Shown one piece after another: positions 43,947 through 53,623 of a stretch of DNA of 64,000 nucleotides. Both the position numbers and the translations under genes were made by a program. Under the pieces are notes generated by a model. The model was not told the DNA's origin and made no database searches. It saw only the letters and a list, made by a program, of their open reading frames with translations. How positions within the stretch are numbered: the stretch's first letter is position 1; each line of letters begins with the position of its first letter. Source of the DNA: a virus; the IMG/VR virus record IMGVR_UViG_3300027754_000039, positions 32,001-96,000 of that record. The stretch is one strand, 5' to 3'.

Positions 43947-46391
43947 TTACGCTCCTGGGAATGCAGCGCCTGTCGGTAAAATGTTGAAGTCAATAATAAT
44001 GAATTCAGCGGTCTTGGCAGGTTGCAAAAAGATTTGACCATACATAATGTTACGATCAATTACATCTGGAGTGTTATTTGACTCATCCATTACAACACGG
44101 AAAGAATATAAACCTTGACGTTGTTGTACTGATTCTAAATATGGATTACAAATATTTAAGAAACGGTTACGAGTTGCAGCGGTATTTTGTTCAAATACTA
44201 AATACTTAGTTGCTGATGCAATGTATTTCTTAACTGCAATTAATAAACGTCTTACATTGATTCTATCCAAAGCAGACGGCTTAGCTTGAAGTGTTTTCTG
44301 ACCCCATACACAAACACCTTGACCAGGGAAAGTAGCAATAGGATTAACACGGCCTTCATATAATTCATCTCTTTCAGCGTGAGTTAAACGAGTATAAGCG
44401 TCTATTACAGAAGTTAAACCACCACGATTTAAACCTGCAGGTGCATACCATTCAGCAGCTACCCTATCATTAAATGCTAACACACCCGGAATAACAACAC
44501 TTGGTGGAACCCATACTGGCTTATTAATACCAGCGTCTAGGATTTTAACCCATGGATAGTAAGTAGCAGCATAATTGTTATCAAAAGTGTCTACCTCTCC
44601 TGTTACAGTTGCAATATTAGCAGTTAAACCTGCAGCGTCAAATACAAAGAAAGTATCTCCTCTGTCTAAACACATATTAGCAGCGTAGTCAATTACGGCT
44701 GAGTGATATTGCTGAATAACACCTGGAAGAATTAACATATTAATATCTAATTCGTCAGGATTGGAAACAGCATCAATAGCATTTTTATACACTGAATAAT
44801 CTTTGGCTGTATTAGAACGCAAATCATATCCTTGAGTATTTGCAGCTACGATATCAGCTCCTACTAAAATTCTACGATTAGGCTGAACACCATCTGCACC
44901 TCCTTGAAAAGGAACAATAAATTTACGAGAATCAATTACGGTATTAGTCGTTAAGTCAATTGAACCAGAATAAGGTGCAGCTGCTGTTGGGTAGCTTGCT
45001 CCAGCTTCTTGATTGAAATTGGTTAATAAGAAATTAGCATTGGATCCTGTAGTTGCGCTTGTCTTAGGAGTTGGTTTTAAATAATTAATATTATCTGTTC
45101 CAGCAAAATCATAATCAAATCCAAAGAATTTACGTTTATTGTAAGTACCATTTATAGTCTGAGCAGCTACGAAGCTAGCAGTTGGTACATTTGTAAATGC
45201 TGAAGGAGTTGGATTATATAAAGCAGCAAATCCGAAAGGAACTAACTCTACAGAATAAACACCTTTAGATACGTTGTCGTCGACTTCTACATACACGTAT
45301 TTAGATTTACTTGGATAATCGCCATTAGCTATAACCTTTCCAGATTCAAAAGTTAAATAACGGTCACCAATTACTCTAGAAATGAATCTAGTTGAATTAG
45401 GGTCTAAATTTACATTGTCAAAAGATTCTAATACATTAGCACGAACATCTGAATCTTGAGTGCTATATGGAGAGCCTACTGCTGTTAATTTAGTTTGATC
45501 AACTGCACGAATAGTTACGGTAAATGATCCATATTCTGAACCTGCTACTGTACCTGCTGCTTTGATGTTTGAAATTGCAACTTTAGTTTCATAATTAGCG
45601 TGAACTCCGTCAGCGTGTGTATGAAGTTTAAATAGATTTTGACTTACTCCATTTACTTTTTGTGAAATGATATATGGAGTTTGAGCTTCTAAATAAGCAT
45701 CAGAGAAATTAAATGAACCTGATTGCAATGTTATTGTACAAGCCGGGTCAGCTGCTAGCGAAGCAGATGCTGCTGTTCCAAAGAATGTATATAAATAAGC
45801 CGGAGTGGATGATACATTAGCTTGCTTACTAAATACCTTAGACATATAGTTTGCGCTTAAGCTAGACAATGAAGCGCTATAAATAGCACTTGAAGGTCCT
45901 TTTGCATTAGGGAATGCAGCGGTGTCTACTGTATAAGATCCTGAAATTTGAATTACAAACGATCCACTAGTATTAGCGGTTACTACTGATTGATGAAACA
46001 AGTTTGTCGTTGCATCATAAAATGCATCTGTTTCAGATAACACTTGAGAAGGGTGAAGTAAAGCAATTTGTCTACTTCCGAACGATCCTGTAGCTACTAC
46101 TGCAATTGGATTAGCTAAGCTATATCCGTCATCATGTAATGTTCGAACAACTGTTAATTGTCCTGAATTGTTTAAATACTCCTTAGCGGTGTAAGGTAAG
46201 TATAAGTTTGGATTTGTGTCTCCGAAAATTTGCACAAACTCTCCATAGGATGTTACTGAAATTGGCACCATTGCCGGTCCTTTAATTGTCGGACCAATAA
46301 ATGCTGCGCCAATATTGGCAATACCTTGAGGTAAGAAAGACAAATCTTTTTCTTCAGTAAACACACCGGGGCTAACGATTTTTTCTGCCAT
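43947..46391 (-). CDS. gp18: contractile tail sheath protein (gp18-like)
   Basis: SPGVF..E.D.S, FIGPT.KGP, AT.YYPWV, WYAPAG.NRG, VNPIATF, WGQKTL, DRINVRRLL, P.KTAEFI. Confidence 0.97.
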   Translation of the reverse strand: MAEKIVSPGVFTEEKDLSFLPQGIANIGAAFIGPTIKGPAMVPISVTSYGEFVQIFGDTNPNLYLPYTAKEYLNNSGQLTVVRTLHDDGYSLANPIAVVATGSFGSRQIALLHPSQVLSETDAFYDATTNLFHQSVVTANTSGSFVIQISGSYTVDTAAFPNAKGPSSAIYSASLSSLSANYMSKVFSKQANVSSTPAYLYTFFGTAASASLAADPACTITLQSGSFNFSDAYLEAQTPYIISQKVNGVSQNLFKLHTHADGVHANYETKVAISNIKAAGTVAGSEYGSFTVTIRAVDQTKLTAVGSPYSTQDSDVRANVLESFDNVNLDPNSTRFISRVIGDRYLTFESGKVIANGDYPSKSKYVYVEVDDNVSKGVYSVELVPFGFAALYNPTPSAFTNVPTASFVAAQTINGTYNKRKFFGFDYDFAGTDNINYLKPTPKTSATTGSNANFLLTNFNQEAGASYPTAAAPYSGSIDLTTNTVIDSRKFIVPFQGGADGVQPNRRILVGADIVAANTQGYDLRSNTAKDYSVYKNAIDAVSNPDELDINMLILPGVIQQYHSAVIDYAANMCLDRGDTFFVFDAAGLTANIATVTGEVDTFDNNYAATYYPWVKILDAGINKPVWVPPSVVIPGVLAFNDRVAAEWYAPAGLNRGGLTSVIDAYTRLTHAERDELYEGRVNPIATFPGQGVCVWGQKTLQAKPSALDRINVRRLLIAVKKYIASATKYLVFEQNTAATRNRFLNICNPYLESVQQRQGLYSFRVVMDESNNTPDVIDRNIMYGQIFLQPAKTAEFIIIDFNILPTGAAFPGA

Positions 46392-46434
46392 TGTAATTTA
46401 TGATTAATTGATTGTTAAAGATTTTTATCTACTT

Positions 46435-46442
46435 ATAAATAT
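46435..46442 (-). promoter_or_regulatory. candidate late promoter motif ATATTTAT (sheath)
   Basis: About 44 nt upstream of the sheath ATG. Confidence 0.5.
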
Positions 46443-46454
46443 GATTTAGTTGAC

Positions 46455-46730
46455 TCAAACAGATGGCGTAAACTCACCAGTTTCAATGTTAATTTCACCT
46501 TGGCCATATTTTTTAGTAACATCTTCTGCAAATTTAATTTCTTCTGTTTGAATAGTTAAATAATCATTTGAAAATGTTTGCTCTAACTGAGCTAAACGAT
46601 TAACTTGAGAATTTAATAGAATTTGTTCTATTTTTAACTGACCTAATTTAGCTGTGATATCAGCATATTTGGTTTGAAGACTATTGATAGCCTGAATCTC
46701 TTCTGGAGATATTTTGATTGGATTTGCCAT
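46455..46730 (-). CDS. small coiled-coil hypothetical protein
   Basis: LGQLKIE..L...KYG.G.INIETGEF. Confidence 0.7.
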   Translation of the reverse strand: MANPIKISPEEIQAINSLQTKYADITAKLGQLKIEQILLNSQVNRLAQLEQTFSNDYLTIQTEEIKFAEDVTKKYGQGEINIETGEFTPSV

Positions 46731-46733
46731 AAC

Positions 46734-46818
46734 TAATTTATATTATTATTATATATTATATATTATATATTATAATTAATATTATTTATTAATATATTAT
46801 ATATTTAATATAATTATA
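46734..46818. repeat. 85-bp tract containing only A and T
   Basis: No G or C from 46734 to 46818; repeated TATATTAT-like units. Confidence 0.95.
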
Positions 46819-46863
46819 GTATAACCATTTCAAACATTGACTATGACTGAAAAATTTATTGTT

Positions 46864-47022
46864 CTAAACCAATCTTCTCCTGACAGAATAGGTTGTACCT
46901 TCCCATTGAACATATGTTTTTTGTTCATCAACTAATTTTCTAACTGGTTGTATTAAAGTTTCTAGCACTTCTTTTAGATAATTCCTCGTTAATAAATTTA
47001 ATGTTAGCTTGGTTTTGTTCAA
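46864..47022 (-). pseudogene. possible degenerate small gene overlapping 46940-47131 in another frame
   Basis: TTG-started 52-codon frame ...RNYLKEVLETLIQPVRKLVDEQKTYVQWEG... Confidence 0.25.
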
Positions 47023-47131
47023 TGATTGCTAATGAATCATAAACTATAGCCTTTAATTCAATTATTGAATAGTCTTCAATTGTTTTTTCCGTTGCAACTT
47101 CATTAGCAACTTCTATGTTATCTGGTTTCAT
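46940..47131 (-). CDS. small coiled-coil hypothetical protein
   Basis: IIELKAIVYD.L..IE...ANIK.IN.EL. Confidence 0.65.
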   Translation of the reverse strand: MKPDNIEVANEVATEKTIEDYSIIELKAIVYDSLAIIEQNQANIKFINEELSKRSARNFNTTS

Positions 47132-47340
47132 TAGTTTTCAAAGTTTTCAGGAGTTTCAGTCATAACAGCATAGCCTTTTACGCCTTCTGCAATTTCAAAT
47201 TCAAGGATATTACCTACTATAATTGGGTTAATTAAAATGTCAGCTCTTTCAGCTAAGAAAGTTTGTACGTCATCTGTAAGTTGACTGATACCAATATTTG
47301 TTGGGCAGTCAGGTTTGTTAAAATAAATTAGTGTTTTCAT
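47131..47340 (-). CDS. small hypothetical protein (MKTLIYFNKPDC...)
   Basis: Start at 47340 preferred because 47412 overlaps the fibre gene. Confidence 0.55.
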   Translation of the reverse strand: MKTLIYFNKPDCPTNIGISQLTDDVQTFLAERADILINPIIVGNILEFEIAEGVKGYAVMTETPENFEN

Positions 47341-47362
47341 GTTTTTTTTTGTAAATATAATA

Positions 47363-50300
47363 TTAAAGAAGAGTGTATTCAAATTTGATAACAGTATTTG
47401 TAGATACCGCACTAGTATCCATTATAATTTCAGTGTTAGTAGCAGACGCAGTTATTGTAAAACCGATTGTCGAAGTATCTCCAATGTCTTGAGATTTTGT
47501 ATCTGTTATATTAAAAGAAGATCCAGCGTTATTTCTTACTGCCATAAGAGTACCCGCTCTCATATTTGCATAATTTTGCATTACCGGTGGGCCAATACTC
47601 CATAACACATATTTTACAAAAATTGCATGATGAGTATATGCGGAGAAGTCGGCTGTAATAACTGAATTAGTGCCTGGAGCAAACGTTCCTTCATTTGCAA
47701 ATGTCTTAGAAACATTTCCAATATTTGTATACGTCGAAGCTTCAACATAAGACCCAGATAAAGTTGTACTTACTACAGAGTTCAATCCAGTAACATTGCT
47801 AGATAAAGCTAAGCTGTCTGTGGACTCGACAACTAAATTAGTACCAGCTAAGTCTGTTAGTAAATCACCATAGGTAATGTATTTGCTAGCTCCGTCATTG
47901 ATATAAAATTGATCTGAAGATGTTAAATCTGATACACTTGTATTCGGGAAAGCAGCAGTAATTCCTGTTAAGCCAGTACCATCACCTTTGAAAGATCCGG
48001 TAATTCCTCCCGTGTCTGCATTGATAGTTCCTAGTATAGATAAAGATCCTGTAATATTTACATTTCCTGTTACACTTTGATTTCCTGCAAAGGTATTCGA
48101 ACCTGTTGTTGCAAATCCTGTCGTCGACGTCGATAACGCGTAGTTAGTTAATGAAGAAGTTAAAGCATAAGACCCAGCGTTTAATCCACCTAATCCATTT
48201 GAATCAGTTACAGCTCCAACTACATTAGCTCCAGCTACATACGAAGCCGTAGACGCTAAAGTTGCATTAGTAGCCCAACTAGAAGTTCCAAATAATGATC
48301 CTGTAAATGAAGAAGCATTTACACTTCCTGTTACAGTTAAATTTCCATTTAGTATTCGAACACTGCCACTAAATCCAGCAGCATAGTTATTAGTAATTGT
48401 TGCATTAGTTCCTGCTGTTGCTGCTTCTACGTATAAACCGTAAACATTTGTAGCAGTACTAGCACCAGTAAAAGCAAGTGTATTAGAACTAAAGTAATTG
48501 AAGTATTGAGTAGTTAAAGTCCCTGTTAAAAATGTTTTAGTAGACCCTGTAATTTTAAAATAAGGCGCATTTGTACTTGCTACTTGATTTAAGTCTGCAC
48601 CGCAAGTAAAAGTAAATGGAGTATTTGAACCTCCATTTTTTAATGTAGGTGCAAAAGTTACAGTATTAATATCAAACGTATGTAAAATATTACCATTAAT
48701 TAATAATTGTATTCCAGACTTGCCATTCAAATAAGTATTACCTACTGTTTGATGTGCTGATAAAGAATAATTAGTCGTGTCAGGAGTTGTTGTATTTAAA
48801 TAAATAGCTGCCCTAGCTGTACTTCCTGATTGTGAACCAATATCAATCCACGCTGTATCTTGACCTATCCTAACTAATCTTTGTGATGCAGTTACAGCAT
48901 TTCCAATGTTTACAAAATCACTTCCGGTAACTAATGCTCTTATTGAACCTGTTACGACTAAACTACCAGTTATAATAGCATTTCCGGTGTATGGAAATAC
49001 AGGAGCATATGTTGAAGCGTATGAAGCTGTTATTGAATAAGATGCAGAAATTGAATTTTGCGACTGCGAAGATGAAATAGCGTAAGAAGCGCTTATAACA
49101 CTACCACTATAATAAGATGCAGTCGTAGCGTATGATGCACTTACAGCTTGAAAAACATACGAAGCGGTTTGTGAGTTTGAAGCACTTAATGCTAGATTTC
49201 CATTAGTAAATATAGATCCTGTTATAAATGAAGCTGTACCAAGTAATGAACCTGTAATCCCACCGGTTACGTTTAATGAACCTGTTACATTTAAACCACC
49301 TGTTAGTATTTGAACACTACCACTAAACCCAGCAGCGTAATTGTTTGTTATTGTAGCATTAGTTCCAGCAGTAGGGGCTTCTACGTAGAGACCATAAACA
49401 TTGGTGAATGTGCTTGCTGCTGCCGCAGCCAAAGTTGTGGTCTTTAGCCACCAGTCACGATGATTTGTTACAGCTCCAGTTGCGTAAGTTTGAGTTGAGC
49501 TATCTTGTTGTAAAGTTGGTGTTTCTGTACTCGCAGTTATTCCAGTTTGATTTGCTGGGGTAAATAAAAATCTAGGAACTGCTCCACTTGATGTTGCTCC
49601 AGTTACTTTAAACCTTACTGCGCTATCAGTTATGAATGATATTTGCTTAGTTGCTTGACCTATACCAACGGTAGCATCTGCAGTTGATGATATTGATGCG
49701 TTCGCAATGCCGCCGCCGCCGTAAAACTTAGCAATTAAATTAGAATCATCAATGGTAAATGCGGTGTAACCTGCGCTATTTATTATTTTAAATAATGTTA
49801 TTCCTGTTGCTGAATTAGTTTGACCATTAATAACTAATCCAGTCTGGCTGGCTATTGGAGTTAGTATCAACCCACCATTAATGCCCATTCCATAATTATT
49901 AGTTATAGTTGCATTAGTCCCTGCTGTTGATGCTTCTACATATAGACCATAAACATTAGTCGCTGTACTCGCTCCAACAAAACTAACCGTGTTAGCACTA
50001 AAGTAATTGAAGTATTGAGTTGCTAAAGTTCCTGTTGCCCATTGCTTATTCGCTCCTGTTATTTTGAAGTTTGGTATGTTAGTTGATAAGGTTTGGTTGG
50101 TATTGGCTGCGTTTGTAAAAGTAAATTGCGTTATAGCCCCTGATGCAGTAACGGCTTGTTTAAAAGATGTTGCATTTATTGTGAATCTTGCTTTTTCGCT
50201 TCCTGAACCATATCCTCCTGCTGTTAATACCCATCCACCTGTTGCATTTTCATTTGTTAAAAATGACAAAGTTGGTGAGTTAGTTGCAACACCTGCTGTA

Positions 50301-51928
50301 TTATTATCATAAAAAGTTCCTACACCACCTGCCGTATTAAAAGCATTTAATGAAGAATAAGTTGTATTATTATCACCTAAAACTTCTATAAATGAATATC
50401 CTGTTGCATTTGTGTTTTGAATATTTGCGCCAACATAACTTGCAGGTACACTTTTTATTAAATCAAAATCAAAAGCAGGAGAAGTTGTGCCTAATCCTAG
50501 TCTATTATTCACTTCATCATAAGCAGAAGTTCCAAATAGTATTTTGCCCTTAGTTGCATTTGAAGTTGATGCTAAAGTTAAAGTTCCACTTGCTGTACTT
50601 GCTCCGTTAACTAATGGACTAAATATTGAACCTGTTACGACTAAACTACCACTTATAATTGCACTGCCTGTAAATGGAAATACAGGAGCATATGTTGAAG
50701 CGTATGAAGCTGTTAATGCTTGTAATGCATAGGAAGAAGTTGTTGAATATGAACTACTTACTGCTTGCAATACATATGACGCAGTAGCTACAGACATTGA
50801 ACTAGTTGCAATTGTAAGTACATAATTAGGTGCTAATGATGCTGTTAATGCATAACTACTACTTAATGATTGGTTAGTATAACTAGCTGTACCTTGTAGT
50901 GATCCAGTAAATGAAGTAGCTTCTATTCCTCTAGGAGCTACTAATCTACCATTATTTTTAAATTCCCATAAATTAAATAGTGAGCTTGAGTTTGTTGTTA
51001 TATACACACTAAAATCATCAACGTTAACAGAAGATGATTGATTATATGATAGTAATTCAACAAATCCACCCGGTGCTCCTGCTACAATATCAATATATCC
51101 AGGATAAGCATTGCCGTAATAAGTTGATGTTATTCGAGCTCCACTAGCAAATGTTATTGAACCGCTTATTATTTGATTACCTATCACAGTTAATCCTGAA
51201 CCTGATATTAACAATGATCCTGTAATTATTGCACTTCCTGAGTATGGAAAAGTAGGTGTTGAAGAGGCATTTACTGCATACGAAGCTGTTAAAGCGTATG
51301 ATGCACTTACTGCTTGTAAAACATAACTAGCTGTTTGAGCTGTTGTAACGTAAGATGCTGTATTAGCTGATGTAGCAAATGAACTACTTACTGCTTGTTG
51401 AACATAAGAAGCTGTAGTTGACGTTCCAAATAATGATCCTGTAAATCCTAATGTTGAGATAGTTGATCCTGTTATAATTAAACTTCCTGTTATAATTGCA
51501 TTTCCGGTGTATGGAAATGAAGAAGCGTTAGCAACATAAGATGCAGTCGTAGCGTATGATGCACTTACAGCTTGAAAAACATACGAAGCAGTTTGAGCAT
51601 TTTGAGCATAACTTGCAGTTTGAGTTAATACTACATAAGATGCGGTTGCTGCAAACGATGAACTTATAGCTTGTGTAGCGTATGATGATGTACCTTGTAA
51701 TGAACCAGTTATACTTGGTATATTTACACTTCCTGTTACTTGTAAACTTCCTGTTATAATTGTTCTACCATTTATTGTTTGATTACCATTAAATGTATTT
51801 GAACCAGTAATTGCAAATGAACCGGTGTCAATTGTTATTCCACTACTATTTAAAGCAAATGATGCAGTTTGTGCATAACTTGCACTTGCAACACTACCTG
51901 ATATTTGTCTTCCTGCTATTAATGACAT
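47363..51928 (-). CDS. large Ser/Thr/Ala/Gly-rich tail fibre / virion surface protein with internal repeats
   Basis: 1521 aa with TASY, ITGS and SASYA repeats; three NVYGLYVEA.TAGTNATITNNY modules. Confidence 0.75.
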   Translation of the reverse strand: MSLIAGRQISGSVASASYAQTASFALNSSGITIDTGSFAITGSNTFNGNQTINGRTIITGSLQVTGSVNIPSITGSLQGTSSYATQAISSSFAATASYVVLTQTASYAQNAQTASYVFQAVSASYATTASYVANASSFPYTGNAIITGSLIITGSTISTLGFTGSLFGTSTTASYVQQAVSSSFATSANTASYVTTAQTASYVLQAVSASYALTASYAVNASSTPTFPYSGSAIITGSLLISGSGLTVIGNQIISGSITFASGARITSTYYGNAYPGYIDIVAGAPGGFVELLSYNQSSSVNVDDFSVYITTNSSSLFNLWEFKNNGRLVAPRGIEATSFTGSLQGTASYTNQSLSSSYALTASLAPNYVLTIATSSMSVATASYVLQAVSSSYSTTSSYALQALTASYASTYAPVFPFTGSAIISGSLVVTGSIFSPLVNGASTASGTLTLASTSNATKGKILFGTSAYDEVNNRLGLGTTSPAFDFDLIKSVPASYVGANIQNTNATGYSFIEVLGDNNTTYSSLNAFNTAGGVGTFYDNNTAGVATNSPTLSFLTNENATGGWVLTAGGYGSGSEKARFTINATSFKQAVTASGAITQFTFTNAANTNQTLSTNIPNFKITGANKQWATGTLATQYFNYFSANTVSFVGASTATNVYGLYVEASTAGTNATITNNYGMGINGGLILTPIASQTGLVINGQTNSATGITLFKIINSAGYTAFTIDDSNLIAKFYGGGGIANASISSTADATVGIGQATKQISFITDSAVRFKVTGATSSGAVPRFLFTPANQTGITASTETPTLQQDSSTQTYATGAVTNHRDWWLKTTTLAAAAASTFTNVYGLYVEAPTAGTNATITNNYAAGFSGSVQILTGGLNVTGSLNVTGGITGSLLGTASFITGSIFTNGNLALSASNSQTASYVFQAVSASYATTASYYSGSVISASYAISSSQSQNSISASYSITASYASTYAPVFPYTGNAIITGSLVVTGSIRALVTGSDFVNIGNAVTASQRLVRIGQDTAWIDIGSQSGSTARAAIYLNTTTPDTTNYSLSAHQTVGNTYLNGKSGIQLLINGNILHTFDINTVTFAPTLKNGGSNTPFTFTCGADLNQVASTNAPYFKITGSTKTFLTGTLTTQYFNYFSSNTLAFTGASTATNVYGLYVEAATAGTNATITNNYAAGFSGSVRILNGNLTVTGSVNASSFTGSLFGTSSWATNATLASTASYVAGANVVGAVTDSNGLGGLNAGSYALTSSLTNYALSTSTTGFATTGSNTFAGNQSVTGNVNITGSLSILGTINADTGGITGSFKGDGTGLTGITAAFPNTSVSDLTSSDQFYINDGASKYITYGDLLTDLAGTNLVVESTDSLALSSNVTGLNSVVSTTLSGSYVEASTYTNIGNVSKTFANEGTFAPGTNSVITADFSAYTHHAIFVKYVLWSIGPPVMQNYANMRAGTLMAVRNNAGSSFNITDTKSQDIGDTSTIGFTITASATNTEIIMDTSAVSTNTVIKFEYTLL
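48991..49032. repeat. 42-bp perfect direct repeat, copy 1 (copy 2 at 50674-50715)
   Basis: ATGGAAATACAGGAGCATATGTTGAAGCGTATGAAGCTGTTA in both places, with further similarity upstream. Confidence 0.9.
49113..49165. repeat. 53-bp perfect direct repeat, copy 1 (copy 2 at 51537-51589)
   Basis: TAAGATGCAGTCGTAGCGTATGATGCACTTACAGCTTGAAAAACATACGAAGC. Confidence 0.9.
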
Positions 51929-51929
51929 T

Positions 51930-53093
51930 TTATATGAATTTTCCTATTGCGACTATTTCGTCTGTTAATGCTAATGTGAAACCTAATTGTGCTACATCAA
52001 TAATTAAAGTACTTACATTACTACTTTGAGTAAAAGATACTATTGCTGTTCTTTCTAATAAAACTCCATTGACATAAAATATAAAATTATCTATACTTGT
52101 ATTTGGTAATGATGACGGAGCTGCTAACCAACCAGAAGCAAATGTTGCTGAAGTAGTTGAAGTAACGGTTCCTGTTTTTTGTGTATTTGAATTAATATAT
52201 ACCAACGCAGCGTTAATATTTGCTGGATTTGCAGATTGACTTCCACCTGGTATACTCGGTCCCGACAAAACTGTCATAGGGCTTAATCCCGTACTCGATG
52301 TTGTCGTTTCAAATGTCATATCAACTTCAAACGCAGTTACAATTTTATTAACTGGATTAAGTTTATACATTGCAGGAGCATTAGGCCCATGAGTATTTAA
52401 TATATGAGCCTTTGTTCTCATTCCCATAGTAGCTCGCACAATTCTATCATCTCCATTGGCATTTACAGATTCAAATGAAGGAGGGTCAATGTGAGTTATA
52501 AATTTATGAGCATCACCAAATGCTTTACCATCAAACCAAATTAATTGCTCTACAACTTCATTTAATTGAATAGAGTTATTAGTCCAAATTAAAAGCTCAT
52601 ATTCTATTTGCACAAATTTTGGAACGTCTATGGAATAAAATTCTTTAATAGGCGAAGTTTGAGATAAAGAAAACCTATCATATCTATTTGCCTTAGTATA
52701 CTTTCTTTCAAAAGTAATTCGAGCGTCTGCAGTTTCTAAAACTTTTAAATCTTGAATGTCTTCTCTTTTAGATACTGAATTTCTTTTAATCATAATCATT
52801 GGAGTAAGTATTCTTCCTTGATTATCTCTTAAATATCCATGCTTTTGTACTGACGCCCATTTCTCTCCTGCTGCAAATAAAATAGGCACTGTAATAACAG
52901 AATTATCTTCTATACATGTTGGATTGATAATATTTTCCAAATGCCATTTAACTGCATAGTCGACGTCATATAAAGCAATAGACACATCTTTAACTGTACC
53001 ATCTCGCTTCCAATCTTCGCCTGTAGCATTACGTTTTACTTCTTTATTGGAAGAAAAAGTAGATTCTGTCTTATTTGGTTTAAGTGGCCTCAT
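51930..53093 (-). CDS. tail completion / sheath terminator (gp15-like)
   Basis: DVDYAV..H....I.P, VPI.FA.GEKW, P.FV.I.YEL.IWT....QLN.VVEQ; follows the neck genes. Confidence 0.65.
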   Translation of the reverse strand: MRPLKPNKTESTFSSNKEVKRNATGEDWKRDGTVKDVSIALYDVDYAVKWHLENIINPTCIEDNSVITVPILFAAGEKWASVQKHGYLRDNQGRILTPMIMIKRNSVSKREDIQDLKVLETADARITFERKYTKANRYDRFSLSQTSPIKEFYSIDVPKFVQIEYELLIWTNNSIQLNEVVEQLIWFDGKAFGDAHKFITHIDPPSFESVNANGDDRIVRATMGMRTKAHILNTHGPNAPAMYKLNPVNKIVTAFEVDMTFETTTSSTGLSPMTVLSGPSIPGGSQSANPANINAALVYINSNTQKTGTVTSTTSATFASGWLAAPSSLPNTSIDNFIFYVNGVLLERTAIVSFTQSSNVSTLIIDVAQLGFTLALTDEIVAIGKFI

Positions 53094-53623
53094 TATAGAT
53101 TTTTAGGTAATATTTTATTTTTAATTGTTTCTGAATTACCAAATCTAGTTTTAACAATATTAAGTTTAGATTGACGAGTCATATGTGCTTGACATATAAT
53201 AGACACGCTATAACCATGAGTTGACCCACCAAACCAATTGTCAGGATTTTTACCTGCAAAATTTTGGTTTTCTTCAATTCCATCAATTTCAAAAAATCTT
53301 GAACGATATTCTAAAGTATCTCCAATTTCTATTGAAATATCTAAATCAACTAAATCATCACGAAGAAAAGCAAATGTTGCTGTTTGAGTAACGTCGGATC
53401 CATAATCTTCAGAAGTCCATTGTTGAGCGTCTACATTAGCTAAACATGGAATTAATGTCGGAGCATCATAAACCTTATTATCAGACTCGTCATATAAATT
53501 AGTATCCGTAGCTACTAAGTTTATTTTGTAAACTAGCACCTCGGTATCTATGATACGATGAATTAGTTCTTTATTTATATTTCTAAATAAAGATATGTCT
53601 CTTTCTCCTCCAAATAATGCCAT
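53093..53623 (-). CDS. neck / head closure protein (gp14-like)
   Basis: LFG..RD..LF..INKEL, T.LY.ES..K.Y, GD...Y..RFFEI. Confidence 0.7.
   Translation of the reverse strand: MALFGGERDISLFRNINKELIHRIIDTEVLVYKINLVATDTNLYDESDNKVYDAPTLIPCLANVDAQQWTSEDYGSDVTQTATFAFLRDDLVDLDISIEIGDTLEYRSRFFEIDGIEENQNFAGKNPDNWFGGSTHGYSVSIICQAHMTRQSKLNIVKTRFGNSETIKNKILPKNL

Noticed and set aside
47363-51928. Internal repeats as a diversity-generating retroelement TR/VR pair
   Set aside because: The copies are identical with no adenine-specific differences, and no reverse transcriptase is in the window.
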